IMG/VR virus record: IMGVR_UViG_3300031339_000004
Location: 13,437-77,436 of that record
Direction: 5' to 3' (one strand)
From: a virus
DNA length: 64,000 nucleotides
Below the pieces are notes generated by a model. That model did not search any database, was not told the DNA's origin, and saw nothing but the letters and a program-made list of their open reading frames with translations. Positions 50,110 through 60,437 of the stretch are shown here, one piece after another; within the stretch, counting starts at the first letter, position 1, and each line of letters opens with the position of its first letter. Both the position numbers and the translations under genes were made by a program.

Positions 50110-51389
50110 ATAAAAGAATTAATATACTAGTAACAAAGCACAAACACAAGTTACTGGCAGGATTGCCTCACAAGCATTCCAACTGGTCGCACAGTTTTGA
50201 TATGAACAGATGGAATGCTCTTTATGATAAATTTGGCCTGTGCGATCACAAGACCCTAGATGAAATTGTACCTGGAGAAAAATACATAATTTATATAAGT
50301 GTGTACAGAGATATACTTGATAAGGCTTACAACCCAATGTTTGCATTTCACAGAGATAGTCATCTAAAACTATCTAGATATCCAATGCCACTGCGTGTTA
50401 AGAAAGATAATAGAAAAGGACGAGTGCATTGGATAATTGACTTTTCTACCGAATGTGAGCAACTTAATGAACAATGGGGGACTGATACAGCAAAGTTATT
50501 GCAAACTCTTAATACAACCCCAGATAATGTCACTTTACTTACAGGGTCATCGTCGTTTGGAAGTACAGGAAGATTGTTATCAGACGATGCATTAACAAAT
50601 AAAAGATACAATGTTGTTACTGGGTATGATCTTTTTGACTTTGTTAACTTAGACAATCATAACGAATACATTCAAGAAAAGTTGTCGTTGATATTACGTA
50701 AGTCGATAATGCCATATAAATCTTTATGCTATAACAGACTACCTCGTCAACATCGTACTGTGATAGTAGCGCACATAATGAACAAGAAGTACGAAGACCA
50801 GACGTTGTTTAGCTTAGGGACGTTTTCTAAAATTCCAAAAGAGTCTCGGTGGTTTAATTGGAGAAGCTATTTTCCTGAGTACGAAAATCAGTTTAAGATA
50901 CTAGAAACAGCAGGAGATATATACCCTAGTATCAAAGAAAAAGAAGCTGATCTTCAAGTAAATCTAGCTCCTACTACTGGATGGATACACGGACTTAATT
51001 CTAGCTTCCAGTTAGTAACAGAAACACACTCACCTAATGCACCGTATCCGTTCTTAACAGAAAAGACATTAAAATCGTGTGCTATGCTACAGCCTTTTAT
51101 TCAGTGCGGTCCCATGAATAATATTAAATTTCTAAAAGAGTTTGGCTACAATACTTTTGACACTTACATTGATCACAGCTATGATAGTGAGCCAGATGAT
51201 GTTAAACGCCTAAGGATGGTGTTAGCAGAATTTGATAGGCTTCAAGCAATACCGGCAGAGCAATGGGCTAATATGCTGTATGATATGACAGAAGATCTAT
51301 TACACAATGCGTATTTGGTTAAAAACTCTCCCGCAAGGTGTACCGAATCACAGCTAGTGCCGATATTAATGAAACATTGCAACGGGTAG
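50106..51389 (+). CDS. Hypothetical protein, possibly a GT-B-type glycosyltransferase
   Basis: NRLPRQHR and LVTET...FLTEKT.K....QPFI motifs; glycosylation-gene context. Confidence 0.45.
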   Translation: MNKRINILVTKHKHKLLAGLPHKHSNWSHSFDMNRWNALYDKFGLCDHKTLDEIVPGEKYIIYISVYRDILDKAYNPMFAFHRDSHLKLSRYPMPLRVKKDNRKGRVHWIIDFSTECEQLNEQWGTDTAKLLQTLNTTPDNVTLLTGSSSFGSTGRLLSDDALTNKRYNVVTGYDLFDFVNLDNHNEYIQEKLSLILRKSIMPYKSLCYNRLPRQHRTVIVAHIMNKKYEDQTLFSLGTFSKIPKESRWFNWRSYFPEYENQFKILETAGDIYPSIKEKEADLQVNLAPTTGWIHGLNSSFQLVTETHSPNAPYPFLTEKTLKSCAMLQPFIQCGPMNNIKFLKEFGYNTFDTYIDHSYDSEPDDVKRLRMVLAEFDRLQAIPAEQWANMLYDMTEDLLHNAYLVKNSPARCTESQLVPILMKHCNG

Positions 51390-51418
51390 AGTAAATAAAT
51401 TAACTAACAGGAGCTACG

Positions 51419-52636
51419 ATGAACATAGGATTTATAGGTACAGGTAAATTAGGCATGCCCTGCGCTGAAGTAATGTCAAGCAACGGACACTGTGTTAAAG
51501 GATATGACGTTGCGCATTGCGCAAGCGACACAGTTTATATAGTAGACTCGATTAAAGAATGTGTAGAGGACACAGATATTGTATTTGTGGCAGTGCCGAC
51601 ACCACACGACCCAGACTACGACGGCAGTATTCCGACTGCGCATTTAACGCCAAAAGACTTTTCTTATGATATAGTCAAAGTTGTGTTAGCAGAAGCAAAC
51701 CAGTATATGAATGAGAACCAATTACTAGTTCTCGTATCAACTGTTCTTCCGGGCACTACAAGAAGAGAGTTTGTTGAGTTAGTAGACAACACTAGATTTG
51801 TTTACAACCCGTATCTTATTGCTATGGGCAGCGTTAAGTGGGATATGGTAAATCCAGAGATGGTAATGATAGGTACTTGTGACGGCAACGAGACAGGTGA
51901 TGCTAACGAACTAATAGAGTTCTATAAAACTATCATGAAGAACGATCCTCGTTATGTTGTCGGTACTTGGGACGAGTGCGAGTGCATCAAAGTGTTTTAC
52001 AATACCTTTATATCAACTAAGATTGGGTTAGTGAATATGATACAAGACGTTGCGCAAAAGCAAGGCAATATTGACGTTGATGTTGTGACTAAAGCATTAG
52101 CTGAGTCTGATATGCGCATTATGGGCAAACAGTACATGACAGCAGGAATGGGCGACGGTGGTGGTTGTCACCCAAGAGATAACATTGCTCTACGCTATTT
52201 GGCAGAAAAGCTAGATCTAGGGTACGATCTGTTTGGTGCCGTTATGCAGTCAAGGGAGACCCAGGCAGAGAATCTAGCAAAAGTATTAGTTGAGCAAGCT
52301 AAACAACACAATATGCCCATATACATCCATGGAAAAGCGTATAAGCCAAGGGTTCCGTACGTTGACGGAAGTTACAGTTTACTGGTTGGATATTATTGTG
52401 AAAAAGCAGGATTTCTGCCCACGTATATAGATCCGTACACTGGTGATGATTATCAACCTACAGAACCAGGCGTATTCTTAATGGCACACTCTGCTTCGGT
52501 TACTTACGAGTATACAGGTAAACAGTCAGTAGATGAACTGTACTGTTCAATACCTCCTTTTAGTATTATAGTCGATCCTTGGCGTAAAATAACATCCAGT
52601 GTAAGCACAGTTATTCATTATGGTAATACTAAGTAA
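51419..52636 (+). CDS. ugd: UDP-glucose/GDP-mannose dehydrogenase family protein
   Basis: GxGxxG (IGTGKLG), FVAVPTP, STVLPGT, K..YN, GGGCHPRD (catalytic Cys region), AYKP; TAAATA at 51392-51397. Confidence 0.88.
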   Translation: MNIGFIGTGKLGMPCAEVMSSNGHCVKGYDVAHCASDTVYIVDSIKECVEDTDIVFVAVPTPHDPDYDGSIPTAHLTPKDFSYDIVKVVLAEANQYMNENQLLVLVSTVLPGTTRREFVELVDNTRFVYNPYLIAMGSVKWDMVNPEMVMIGTCDGNETGDANELIEFYKTIMKNDPRYVVGTWDECECIKVFYNTFISTKIGLVNMIQDVAQKQGNIDVDVVTKALAESDMRIMGKQYMTAGMGDGGGCHPRDNIALRYLAEKLDLGYDLFGAVMQSRETQAENLAKVLVEQAKQHNMPIYIHGKAYKPRVPYVDGSYSLLVGYYCEKAGFLPTYIDPYTGDDYQPTEPGVFLMAHSASVTYEYTGKQSVDELYCSIPPFSIIVDPWRKITSSVSTVIHYGNTK

Positions 52637-52665
52637 TTGACATATTTAATAAAAAGTAGTACAAT
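52637..52665 (+). promoter_or_regulatory. Sigma70-type promoter, probably giving a leaderless mRNA
   Basis: TTGACA (52637-52642), 17 nt, TACAAT (52660-52665); ATG at 52671 with no SD. Confidence 0.65.
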
Positions 52666-52670
52666 ATATT

Positions 52671-53360
52671 ATGTATGATATAATTTTTATAAGCTACAAT
52701 GAAATTAACGCAGAAGAAAACTGGGAATCTCTTAAACGCAGATTCCCGGCAGCTAAACGGGTAGACGGAGTTAAAGGAATTCACCAAGCTCACATCAAAG
52801 CAGCTAAACAGTGCTTTACTAAGATGTTTTGGGTAGTCGATGCTGACGCGCAGCTAGCTGACGATTTTTCTTTTGAATATAAAGTAGATGAGTATTCCCT
52901 AGACACAGTGCATGTTTGGCGCAGCATTAATCCTATTAACGGATTAGAATACGGCTACGGAGGCGTAAAGTTACTGCCGCGCAGGCTCACTTTAAATATG
53001 GATTTTGACAGCCATGACGTGACTACCAGTATTTCAACCAATTTTAAAGCAATGCCAGATATATCAAATATAACCAGTTTTAATACAGATGCGTTTGCAA
53101 CATGGAGAAGCGCATTTAGAGAGTGTGCTAAACTAGCAAGCAACACCATAAGAGGACAAATAGACGAAGAAACTAAACAACGCCTTGATGTTTGGTGCAC
53201 AAGTGGTAGAGGAGCAATGTTTGGAGACTATGCTCTTAGAGGAGCCGCCGCTGGCCGCAAATATGGCACTGTTTATCAGTTTAATAATGAGCTAGGAAAG
53301 ATAAACGATTATGACTGGCTGTACCAACAATTCTTAGAGGAGAACAAACTCAACGTATGA
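52671..53360 (+). CDS. GT-A (GT2-like) glycosyltransferase, paralogue of 49207-50109
   Basis: DIIFISYNE.NA, RVDGVKG...AH, WVVDAD, NGLEYGYGG, TWRSAFRE. Confidence 0.7.
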   Translation: MYDIIFISYNEINAEENWESLKRRFPAAKRVDGVKGIHQAHIKAAKQCFTKMFWVVDADAQLADDFSFEYKVDEYSLDTVHVWRSINPINGLEYGYGGVKLLPRRLTLNMDFDSHDVTTSISTNFKAMPDISNITSFNTDAFATWRSAFRECAKLASNTIRGQIDEETKQRLDVWCTSGRGAMFGDYALRGAAAGRKYGTVYQFNNELGKINDYDWLYQQFLEENKLNV

Positions 53361-53476
53361 GCTATCAAGATATTCCGTTCGAAGACATAACTAGTTTCGG
53401 ACAGCAAACAATGTTAGATAACAAACTGTTTGCTGTATCTTGGATATTGGCTAGATTTTGTAACTATAACTGCTAA
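53357..53476 (+). pseudogene. Truncated 5' end (39 codons) of the radical SAM gene; not in the ORF track
   Basis: Translates MSYQDIPFEDITSFGQQTMLDNKLFAVSWILARFCNYNC*; 32 of 34 aligned residues are identical to the N-terminus of 54427-55428; ATGA-coupled to the upstream gene. Confidence 0.9.
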
Positions 53477-53506
53477 ATAACATACATAACTACAAAAGGA
53501 TAAATT

Positions 53507-54427
53507 ATGTTATTAACTAACGATTACGTGTTACAAGTTACATCAGGCAGTCTATCTCGAAAGATAAAGCGTGATTTCCCTAAGGAACATGTAGTAATTT
53601 CTAATATATCCGAAGTAGAAGATTTTAAGGAAAAAGTGTTTTTATATCTCAATCCTAATACTGTGTATGTCTGTAAGCGATGTACGCAGAAGACAAAAAT
53701 GCGACGTTACTCACAAGGATTTTCTGATTTCTGCTCTGTAAAATGTAGGGGACAAGCTGCAAGGACTGTTACAAAAAAGCTGCCGGTAATAACAGAACAC
53801 AATGTAACATATTGGCCGTTATACCACGTTGTTGTAGACATAGCTAAAAATCCTAATTATTCAAAAGCACAAGTAAAACGAGAATTTTTTGAGTTTTATT
53901 GCTTTGTTCAGCACAGTTTTGAGTACACTAACTTTAATGAAAAACTATTTGCATACTTAAATAATAGTAGTATTTCTTCTTCTTCCTGTAAGACGTGCAA
54001 CGGAGTTACTCAGTTTAGCCCAAAAGATTTTAGATACAAAAATTTTTGTTCGAGACAGTGTGCAAACATTTATAATAAACCTTACTTAACAGGCGGTTAT
54101 AACGCAAAGTATTTTCAACAGTATCCTAAAGAAAAAAGCAAACCTGCTCAGTTTTATTTTATAGAATTAGCAAATAACAAAGAACGGTTTTTAAAAATAG
54201 GAATTACCTGCCGAGATTTTAAAATCAGAAAAAACGAGATATGCGGATCAAAGTATATTGTTACTATCTTGTATACAAAGGAAACAACACTTTACGAATG
54301 TCATTTACTAGAGAATAGACTTTTAAGTGACAATACTATTCGTAAATATGTTCCGTCAAATCATATTTCAGGAAAAACAGAGTGTTTTGACATTACCGAG
54401 AAGAACTCAATACGGAAACTTATTTAA
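53507..54427 (+). mobile_element. Free-standing homing endonuclease-like gene (Zn-finger repeats plus GIY-YIG/T5orf172-like domain)
   Basis: Two CxxC...FCSxxC units; FYFIEL....FLKIGIT....R...E...GKTECF; AT-richer than neighbours; own TAAATA (53474-53479) and AAGGA RBS. Confidence 0.8.
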
Positions 54428-55428
54428 TGCATGATTCATCTACAGACTACAGTAAAATACCCTTTAATGACATTACGAGTTTCGGTCAACAAACGATGTT
54501 AGATAACAAGTTATTTTCAGTGTCTTGGATATTGGCTAGATTTTGCAACTATAATTGTTCTTACTGTTGGAGTTATGCTCGAACGAGTGTTCCGGACCAC
54601 CGTCAGCTAGAACTATACAAAAACACAATAACAGAGATCAAACGTCAAGCTAGAGCCAACGGATTTACAGAGTTTCATTTCTCGTTTAGTGGTGGTGAGC
54701 CAACAGCGTACAAGAAATTTGGCCAGTTAATAGAGCACTATGTAAACGACGACTTTGCCCAGTATCAAAGTCTGCATATGACTACGAATCTAAGCCCAGG
54801 TAGTAAATGGTGGAACAAATGGCTAGAAGTAACTGCACCTCTTGCTCGTCGCAGTATTACAGCTAGCTTTCATGCAGAGTTTGCTCGTGAACAAGAGTTT
54901 GGAGACAAGTGTTTGCAACTACTTGACAACAACACTTATCTCACTATTAACCAAGTAATGGTTCCTGAACTGTTTGACGAGTATTATGAGAGATGTGCAA
55001 GGTTTGCGGAACGTGGTATAAACGTCACACTAAAGCCACAGAGCAACGATACGGCTACTGAAGTGGTAGAGGGCTATACTGACGCACAAAAACAACTTCT
55101 TCAAATTGGATTCCCTCAAGAGTACCACGGAGAGGTCGCTCCGCAAGTTCGATTGGAAGATAGACAAGGCAATACTTATTATATAGATCAAGCAGAACGA
55201 TTTAATGCATTTGGTTTTAATAAGTTTCAAGGATGGAATTGTAACGCAGGTTTTCAAAGTTGCATCATACGCGAGCCCGGTGGCGAAGTTAAACGAGCTT
55301 ATAGTTGCCACGACGTTCCACTAGGAACTATTCAAGACGGATTTAGCTTATTTACAAGTCCGGCTACCTGTATTACTCCGACTTGCGTAAGTTCTGCAGA
55401 TTCAAAAATACCCAAGGTAAAACAATGA
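54427..55428 (+). CDS. Radical SAM enzyme with C-terminal Twitch/SPASM-like Cys motif
   Basis: CNYNCSYC, SGGEPT, TTN, F.GW.C.AG...C...C....C. Confidence 0.9.
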   Translation: MHDSSTDYSKIPFNDITSFGQQTMLDNKLFSVSWILARFCNYNCSYCWSYARTSVPDHRQLELYKNTITEIKRQARANGFTEFHFSFSGGEPTAYKKFGQLIEHYVNDDFAQYQSLHMTTNLSPGSKWWNKWLEVTAPLARRSITASFHAEFAREQEFGDKCLQLLDNNTYLTINQVMVPELFDEYYERCARFAERGINVTLKPQSNDTATEVVEGYTDAQKQLLQIGFPQEYHGEVAPQVRLEDRQGNTYYIDQAERFNAFGFNKFQGWNCNAGFQSCIIREPGGEVKRAYSCHDVPLGTIQDGFSLFTSPATCITPTCVSSADSKIPKVKQ

Positions 55429-56027
55429 AAGTAGAAATCGAAGACGTATTATTTTGGATGGATGCGGTGCGCAACTCGAGTAGTAGATACAGAACTCTTG
55501 AGAGCTTTTGGAAGGGACAAGTACGATCAAAAGTATGGTTAGTAGAAGCACTTACTAGGTATGCCCCTGCAAGTGCATCGAAATATGTCATTCACGGTGG
55601 CTGGAACGGCGTGCTTGCTAGTATTTTATTTAATAGCAATCTGCAAATTAGAGAAATACATTCTTACGATATCGATCCTGACTGTGAGGAAACAGCCTGC
55701 ACGGTAAATAAAAGACAAGAGATGCAGGGAAGGTTCCGAGCAATTACTGGCGATTTAACTCGGCAGATATATAGAGGTGACGTAGTAATTAACACCATTT
55801 GTGAGCACTTAACACAAGTACAATATAATCAGTGGTTAAGCTTAGTTCCGACGAATGCGCTTGTTGTTCTGCAGAGTAACAACTATTTTGATTGTGCAGA
55901 GCACGTTCGGTGTCACTCAACACTACAAGAATTTGAAGAACATTCGGAAATAGAAGTTATACACCGCGACGAACTAGAAACACCACTGTACACAAGATTT
56001 ATGTTGATAGGGAGGAAAATTGTTTAA
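55425..56027 (+). CDS. Class I SAM-dependent methyltransferase-like protein
   Basis: Start moved to ATG 55425 (ATGA overlap); VIHGGWNG, SYDID, VINTICEH. Confidence 0.7.
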   Translation: MKVEIEDVLFWMDAVRNSSSRYRTLESFWKGQVRSKVWLVEALTRYAPASASKYVIHGGWNGVLASILFNSNLQIREIHSYDIDPDCEETACTVNKRQEMQGRFRAITGDLTRQIYRGDVVINTICEHLTQVQYNQWLSLVPTNALVVLQSNNYFDCAEHVRCHSTLQEFEEHSEIEVIHRDELETPLYTRFMLIGRKIV

Positions 56028-57099
56028 ATTTACAGAGCTCGAAGATATCCACTTTGAGATAACCAACAAGTGTCAAGCAGCTTGTCCGATGTGCTCAAGA
56101 AACCATCATGGCGGCCAAGATAATCCGTTAATAAAAAATCAGGAATGGTCAATTGACGATTTTAAGAAGATAGCCACGCCCGAAGTTCTGGACCAAATTG
56201 AAGGTTTCTATATGTGCGGCAACTTTGGTGATCCTATTATTAACAAGGATCTTATTGATATGATTGATTACGCCGCTCAAACAAACCCTAATCTTAATAT
56301 TCGGATACACACAAACGGAAGTGCCAGAACTACAGATTGGTGGAAACAGTTAGCGAAAGTCTTACCCAAGACGCATAAAGTAATATTTGCATTAGATGGA
56401 TTAGAAGATACACATCATCTTTATCGTGTTGGTACCGATTTTAATCGTATTATTAAAAATGCTATTGCATTTATTAGCGCAGGCGGTAACGCCGAATGGT
56501 GTTTTATAAAATTTAAACATAACGAGCATCAAGTAGAAGAAGCCAGAAGCCGGGCCAAAGAGACCGGATTTGCGCTGTTTACTGAGAAGAACAGTTCTAG
56601 ATTTGTAGGAAGTCCTAAATTTCCGGTATACGACAATAAAGGAGAAACGCAGTACTTCATTAAGCCGCCTTCTTCCTCGGAGCTTCCTTTTATTTCAGAA
56701 GATACTGTTAAGAATTATAGAAAAGTATTAGGCGACTCTGAAATTAATTGTTACGTTCAGCACACTAAAGAGATATACATTGATGCGTATAGAAATGTTT
56801 TTCCGTGCTGTTTTCTTGCAAGCGCACCTTACAACTACGCACCTGCAAATGACATCACTAGAGAGATAAGAACTCACATGCTACAGCAGTATCGAGAGTT
56901 AAAACAAACACTGGGAGATACTAACGCCCTGAATCGATCAGTTAACGACATTGTTAGCTCTGATAGTTGGCAGACTGCTTGGGAATACTATTGGACGCAA
57001 AACAAGTTAGTAACATGTGCGAGAACCTGCGGAAGCGTAGCAGAGCTTCCTAAGCCAAAAGATCAATTTATTAAGGTAACTATATTAAACAATGACTAA
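56020..57099 (+). CDS. Radical SAM enzyme
   Basis: CQAACPMC, GNFGDP, HTNGS, PCC and CARTC auxiliary Cys. Confidence 0.9.
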   Translation: MFKFTELEDIHFEITNKCQAACPMCSRNHHGGQDNPLIKNQEWSIDDFKKIATPEVLDQIEGFYMCGNFGDPIINKDLIDMIDYAAQTNPNLNIRIHTNGSARTTDWWKQLAKVLPKTHKVIFALDGLEDTHHLYRVGTDFNRIIKNAIAFISAGGNAEWCFIKFKHNEHQVEEARSRAKETGFALFTEKNSSRFVGSPKFPVYDNKGETQYFIKPPSSSELPFISEDTVKNYRKVLGDSEINCYVQHTKEIYIDAYRNVFPCCFLASAPYNYAPANDITREIRTHMLQQYRELKQTLGDTNALNRSVNDIVSSDSWQTAWEYYWTQNKLVTCARTCGSVAELPKPKDQFIKVTILNND

Positions 57100-58501
57100 C
57101 AAATGGTACAATGACAAAGACAGCCAACTAGGCAAATATCAACGAGAAATAGAAACAGTTTCAGGTTCGCAAAGTTACTGCGTACTGCCGTGGATTCACT
57201 TCGCTACCCGTCCTAACGGAGATATGCGATTGTGTTGCAGTGCAAACGCCAGCGGCGCAGGCAATGACCACGAAGTGGGCTTGGTTAAAATGGAAGACGG
57301 CAAACCTGCAAACTTTGGCAAGGACACTCCAATAGCCGCATGGAATAACGATTACATGAAAAGTGTGCGTACAACTATGCTCAAAGGCGAAGTTCCTGCA
57401 AGTTGTACTAAGTGCTTTAAAGAAGAAAGTCAAGGAGTTGTGTCTAAACGAATATGGGAGACAATGACTTGGCACCGCGATGACGTTGACATCCCCTACC
57501 TAATAGAGCAAACTAAACAAGACGGAACAGTGCCAGAAGAACTGCAATACCTTGACCTAAGACTTGGGCATACTTGTAACATCAAATGTGTAATGTGTAG
57601 TCCTCATGATTCTAGCAAATGGGTCAAGGACTGGCAAAAGTTATTACCTCAAATTGAAGACCAAGATGTCAAACAACAACTTCAATTCGACAAAGATAAT
57701 TTTGACAATAAGTGGCATCAAAAAGATACTTTCTGGAAAGAGATGTACAAGCAGGTACCAAACCTTAAACAGGTGTACTTTGCTGGCGGCGAACCCCTTA
57801 TGATTAAAGAACACAAGATGTTTATTCAAGAAATCATAAGACAAGGTTACCAAGATAAAATATTACTGCGTTATAACTCAAACGGACTGCTAGTTGACAA
57901 CGAATTGTTAGAGTTATGGAAGAAGTTTAAAAAGGTTAAGTTTGCTATCAGCATGGATGCCTGTGGTCCACGCGACGAATACATTCGCTTTCCTACAGAC
58001 TTTGCACAAGTTGAGAAGACGCTTCATATGTTAGACGATTCACCTGATAATATTCAGACTAGTCTAGCAACAGCAATACAGATTTTTAACATCAAACATT
58101 TGCCAGAGTTCATGAAATGGAAGATTCGTTCTAACTTTAAGAAGCTAAACGAAGGCACAGTACCGGGTGGAGTACAGATGGGAGGCGGTCTTGTGAACAT
58201 GCACCTACTGTATATTCCTACGTTTCTTAGCATACAGATACTTCCGCTAGAAGACAAACTAGAAGTGCATCGAATTTTTGCAGAGTTTAAAGTGTGGCTT
58301 TGGGAAAACTATCGTCAGGACGACGACTTTTGGAAAACTAACCCTTATGGATGGAAGCGATGGGAAGCGGTATTAAAACATATGGACGCTCAAGACAACA
58401 GTCATCTGTTGCCTGGCTTTAAAGAATACGTGACTAAACTAGATGCAATACGAGGCAACTCAGCTAAGATAGTATTTCCGGAGTTGGCACACTTGCTTTA
58501 A
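57092..58501 (+). CDS. Radical SAM enzyme with N-terminal SPASM/Twitch-like domain
   Basis: CVLPW...RLCC...CTKC before CNIKCVMC; AGGEP; NSNG. Confidence 0.9.
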   Translation: MTNKWYNDKDSQLGKYQREIETVSGSQSYCVLPWIHFATRPNGDMRLCCSANASGAGNDHEVGLVKMEDGKPANFGKDTPIAAWNNDYMKSVRTTMLKGEVPASCTKCFKEESQGVVSKRIWETMTWHRDDVDIPYLIEQTKQDGTVPEELQYLDLRLGHTCNIKCVMCSPHDSSKWVKDWQKLLPQIEDQDVKQQLQFDKDNFDNKWHQKDTFWKEMYKQVPNLKQVYFAGGEPLMIKEHKMFIQEIIRQGYQDKILLRYNSNGLLVDNELLELWKKFKKVKFAISMDACGPRDEYIRFPTDFAQVEKTLHMLDDSPDNIQTSLATAIQIFNIKHLPEFMKWKIRSNFKKLNEGTVPGGVQMGGGLVNMHLLYIPTFLSIQILPLEDKLEVHRIFAEFKVWLWENYRQDDDFWKTNPYGWKRWEAVLKHMDAQDNSHLLPGFKEYVTKLDAIRGNSAKIVFPELAHLL

Positions 58502-59556
58502 AGCAAGTTGAACACTTCTATATGTTTAGCTTTAGGAATGCAAGTTCCGCACCCGCAACGATTGTTTGGGCATACTATAGGACTACCGTTTACTGCATTT
58601 TTGGCGTAGTCCAGTATAGCAGCAGTATCGTTCAAACTGCCCAGCGGTCCTCTTTTGCCACCGTGTAGTGCTTGACAAGTTTGATGATGATAGACTAATT
58701 TATCATGTTGGTCAATGTGCATAAAAAATTTATTAACAGAGCAGAACCATCCTTTAAAATTATTGTCAACGTGAGTTACCGGAACCCACTCACCGCCAAC
58801 TTTTCCTGTCATGCACCTTCCGCCACAACAGCCTCTACCCATTGCTGATCCTTCTTTTTTCTGCTTTGCAGGATTAGTTTGCCCGATATAGTCAAAGTAC
58901 CACTCTTGTTGTGCCTCGCTGTAACTATGACTAGTTCTGCGCATAGACCCATCGGTGTCTACAAACCAACCGCTTCGTTCTGACGTTCCGTCTCCGATCG
59001 GCCTTGGAGAATGCGTTATGCCTAGGTCTTTTAGTAAATAGCAGACTTGTTTAACTTCTTCAAAGTGATCAACGTGCATCATTACATTTATCTTCAACCA
59101 GATTCCTGATTTATAAAGTCGTTTAATATTTTCTATAACGTGAGCTTTGGCCTTTGCTCCGCCTTCGGGATGGTAACTAACAGTTAATCCGTGGAACAAA
59201 TCTACTATCTCCTCGGTTCGTCTAGGATGCCATACTCCGTTAGTTGTTAATCCGCAACTTAGTTGGGGTTCGTGATCTTTTATATGTCTAGCCAATTTCC
59301 AAAAGTCAGGATTAGCAGTAGGTTCCCCGCCAGTAAAGTCTACATTTACGCCTTGTTTTTCTGTGTCGTATATGCTAGTGTATTCTTTAACAAATTCTAG
59401 TGTAGTTAATAACTCGTCGTAGGAATGATAGGGGCTATACGTGTTGTGTCTAGTAGCTTCGCAGTAAGTGCAATTAAAATTACATCGTCTACCTGTGTCC
59501 CAGGTCACCATCATTTTTTCTGGGCCAGCTAATGTTATTGCTTCTGTTTTTATCAT
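58498..59556 (-). CDS. Radical SAM enzyme
   Basis: CNFNCTYC, TGGEPT, TTNG, Cys-rich C-terminus (CCGGRC, CPNNRCGCGTC). Confidence 0.9.
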   Translation of the reverse strand: MIKTEAITLAGPEKMMVTWDTGRRCNFNCTYCEATRHNTYSPYHSYDELLTTLEFVKEYTSIYDTEKQGVNVDFTGGEPTANPDFWKLARHIKDHEPQLSCGLTTNGVWHPRRTEEIVDLFHGLTVSYHPEGGAKAKAHVIENIKRLYKSGIWLKINVMMHVDHFEEVKQVCYLLKDLGITHSPRPIGDGTSERSGWFVDTDGSMRRTSHSYSEAQQEWYFDYIGQTNPAKQKKEGSAMGRGCCGGRCMTGKVGGEWVPVTHVDNNFKGWFCSVNKFFMHIDQHDKLVYHHQTCQALHGGKRGPLGSLNDTAAILDYAKNAVNGSPIVCPNNRCGCGTCIPKAKHIEVFNLL

Positions 59557-60437
59557 ATTTTAGTCTTTGTTAAAGGAATATCTGCGGCACAAGTACACCA
59601 CTGTCTAGTGCAAATTATAGCTTCATTTGGATGAGTAAAAGTTCCGTTGTATATATTGCCTAAGCTGCCTCCTACTCTACAGGTTGCCCGGTGTACTTCG
59701 CCGTCCCAATTTATCATTAAGCTCTCGACACCGGCGTTGCACTTCCATCCTTTAAACTGGTTTAAGTGCTGTTTAATAATGTCGTTAGAGTGCATATCGT
59801 TAGTGTGGTCAACAACTACGTTAGCCTTTGCTGTTGCATCGTTTTTCAGCAACCATTCTAGATCTTCTTGGTTGTATCGTAAGTCGTCAAACCAGTCGTG
59901 TTTTTCAGTCCATCGTATGCGTCGGACAGCGTAGTGTACGTCAAGCAAACTAAACAGTCTAACCGCAGTTCGGACTCTGTCCATGTGTTCGTGGTGGGCC
60001 ATGACATTTACATGGAACGGAATGCTTGAGGTTGTTTTAACTTGCATAATTTGCCTAATCATTCGATCTACAGTTTTATTATCAAAGTGAAGACTGAATA
60101 CGTAATGGTTTACTGGTTGTTTAATGTACCACTCTGCCTTCCTGGAAGCGTTAGTAGTAACATTAATCCAATCTACTCTCTCTTCTGTATAGCGTAGCAG
60201 TTCGTCTATTTTAGGATGCACGCAAGGCTCGCCGCCTGTGAAGCTTACACGCACCGGTTTGTCTAGTGCCGCAAGCTGATCAACAGTGCGTTTTAGTATC
60301 TCAATATTAGTGTGTGGACTAAAGTTATCGTGGATTTCAGCAGGGCAGTAGCCGCAATCTAGGTTACAGCGTTTTCCTAGATTCCATTCTACCTTAATAC
60401 TGTCTTGGTGAGGCCACTTGCTGGTTACGTGTTTCAT
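59553..60437 (-). CDS. Radical SAM enzyme
   Basis: CNLDCGYC, TGGEP, TTN, FKGWKCNAG...C...CTRQWCTC. Confidence 0.9.
   Translation of the reverse strand: MKHVTSKWPHQDSIKVEWNLGKRCNLDCGYCPAEIHDNFSPHTNIEILKRTVDQLAALDKPVRVSFTGGEPCVHPKIDELLRYTEERVDWINVTTNASRKAEWYIKQPVNHYVFSLHFDNKTVDRMIRQIMQVKTTSSIPFHVNVMAHHEHMDRVRTAVRLFSLLDVHYAVRRIRWTEKHDWFDDLRYNQEDLEWLLKNDATAKANVVVDHTNDMHSNDIIKQHLNQFKGWKCNAGVESLMINWDGEVHRATCRVGGSLGNIYNGTFTHPNEAIICTRQWCTCAADIPLTKTKI

Noticed and set aside
53357-53476. Cys-containing RiPP precursor peptide for the radical SAM enzymes
   Set aside because: It is a near-identical copy of the downstream enzyme's own N-terminus, so a gene stub explains it better.
53474-54558. Group I intron carrying the endonuclease
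   Set aside because: Only about 30 nt of non-coding sequence is available, too little for a ribozyme core, and the downstream ORF is already complete.
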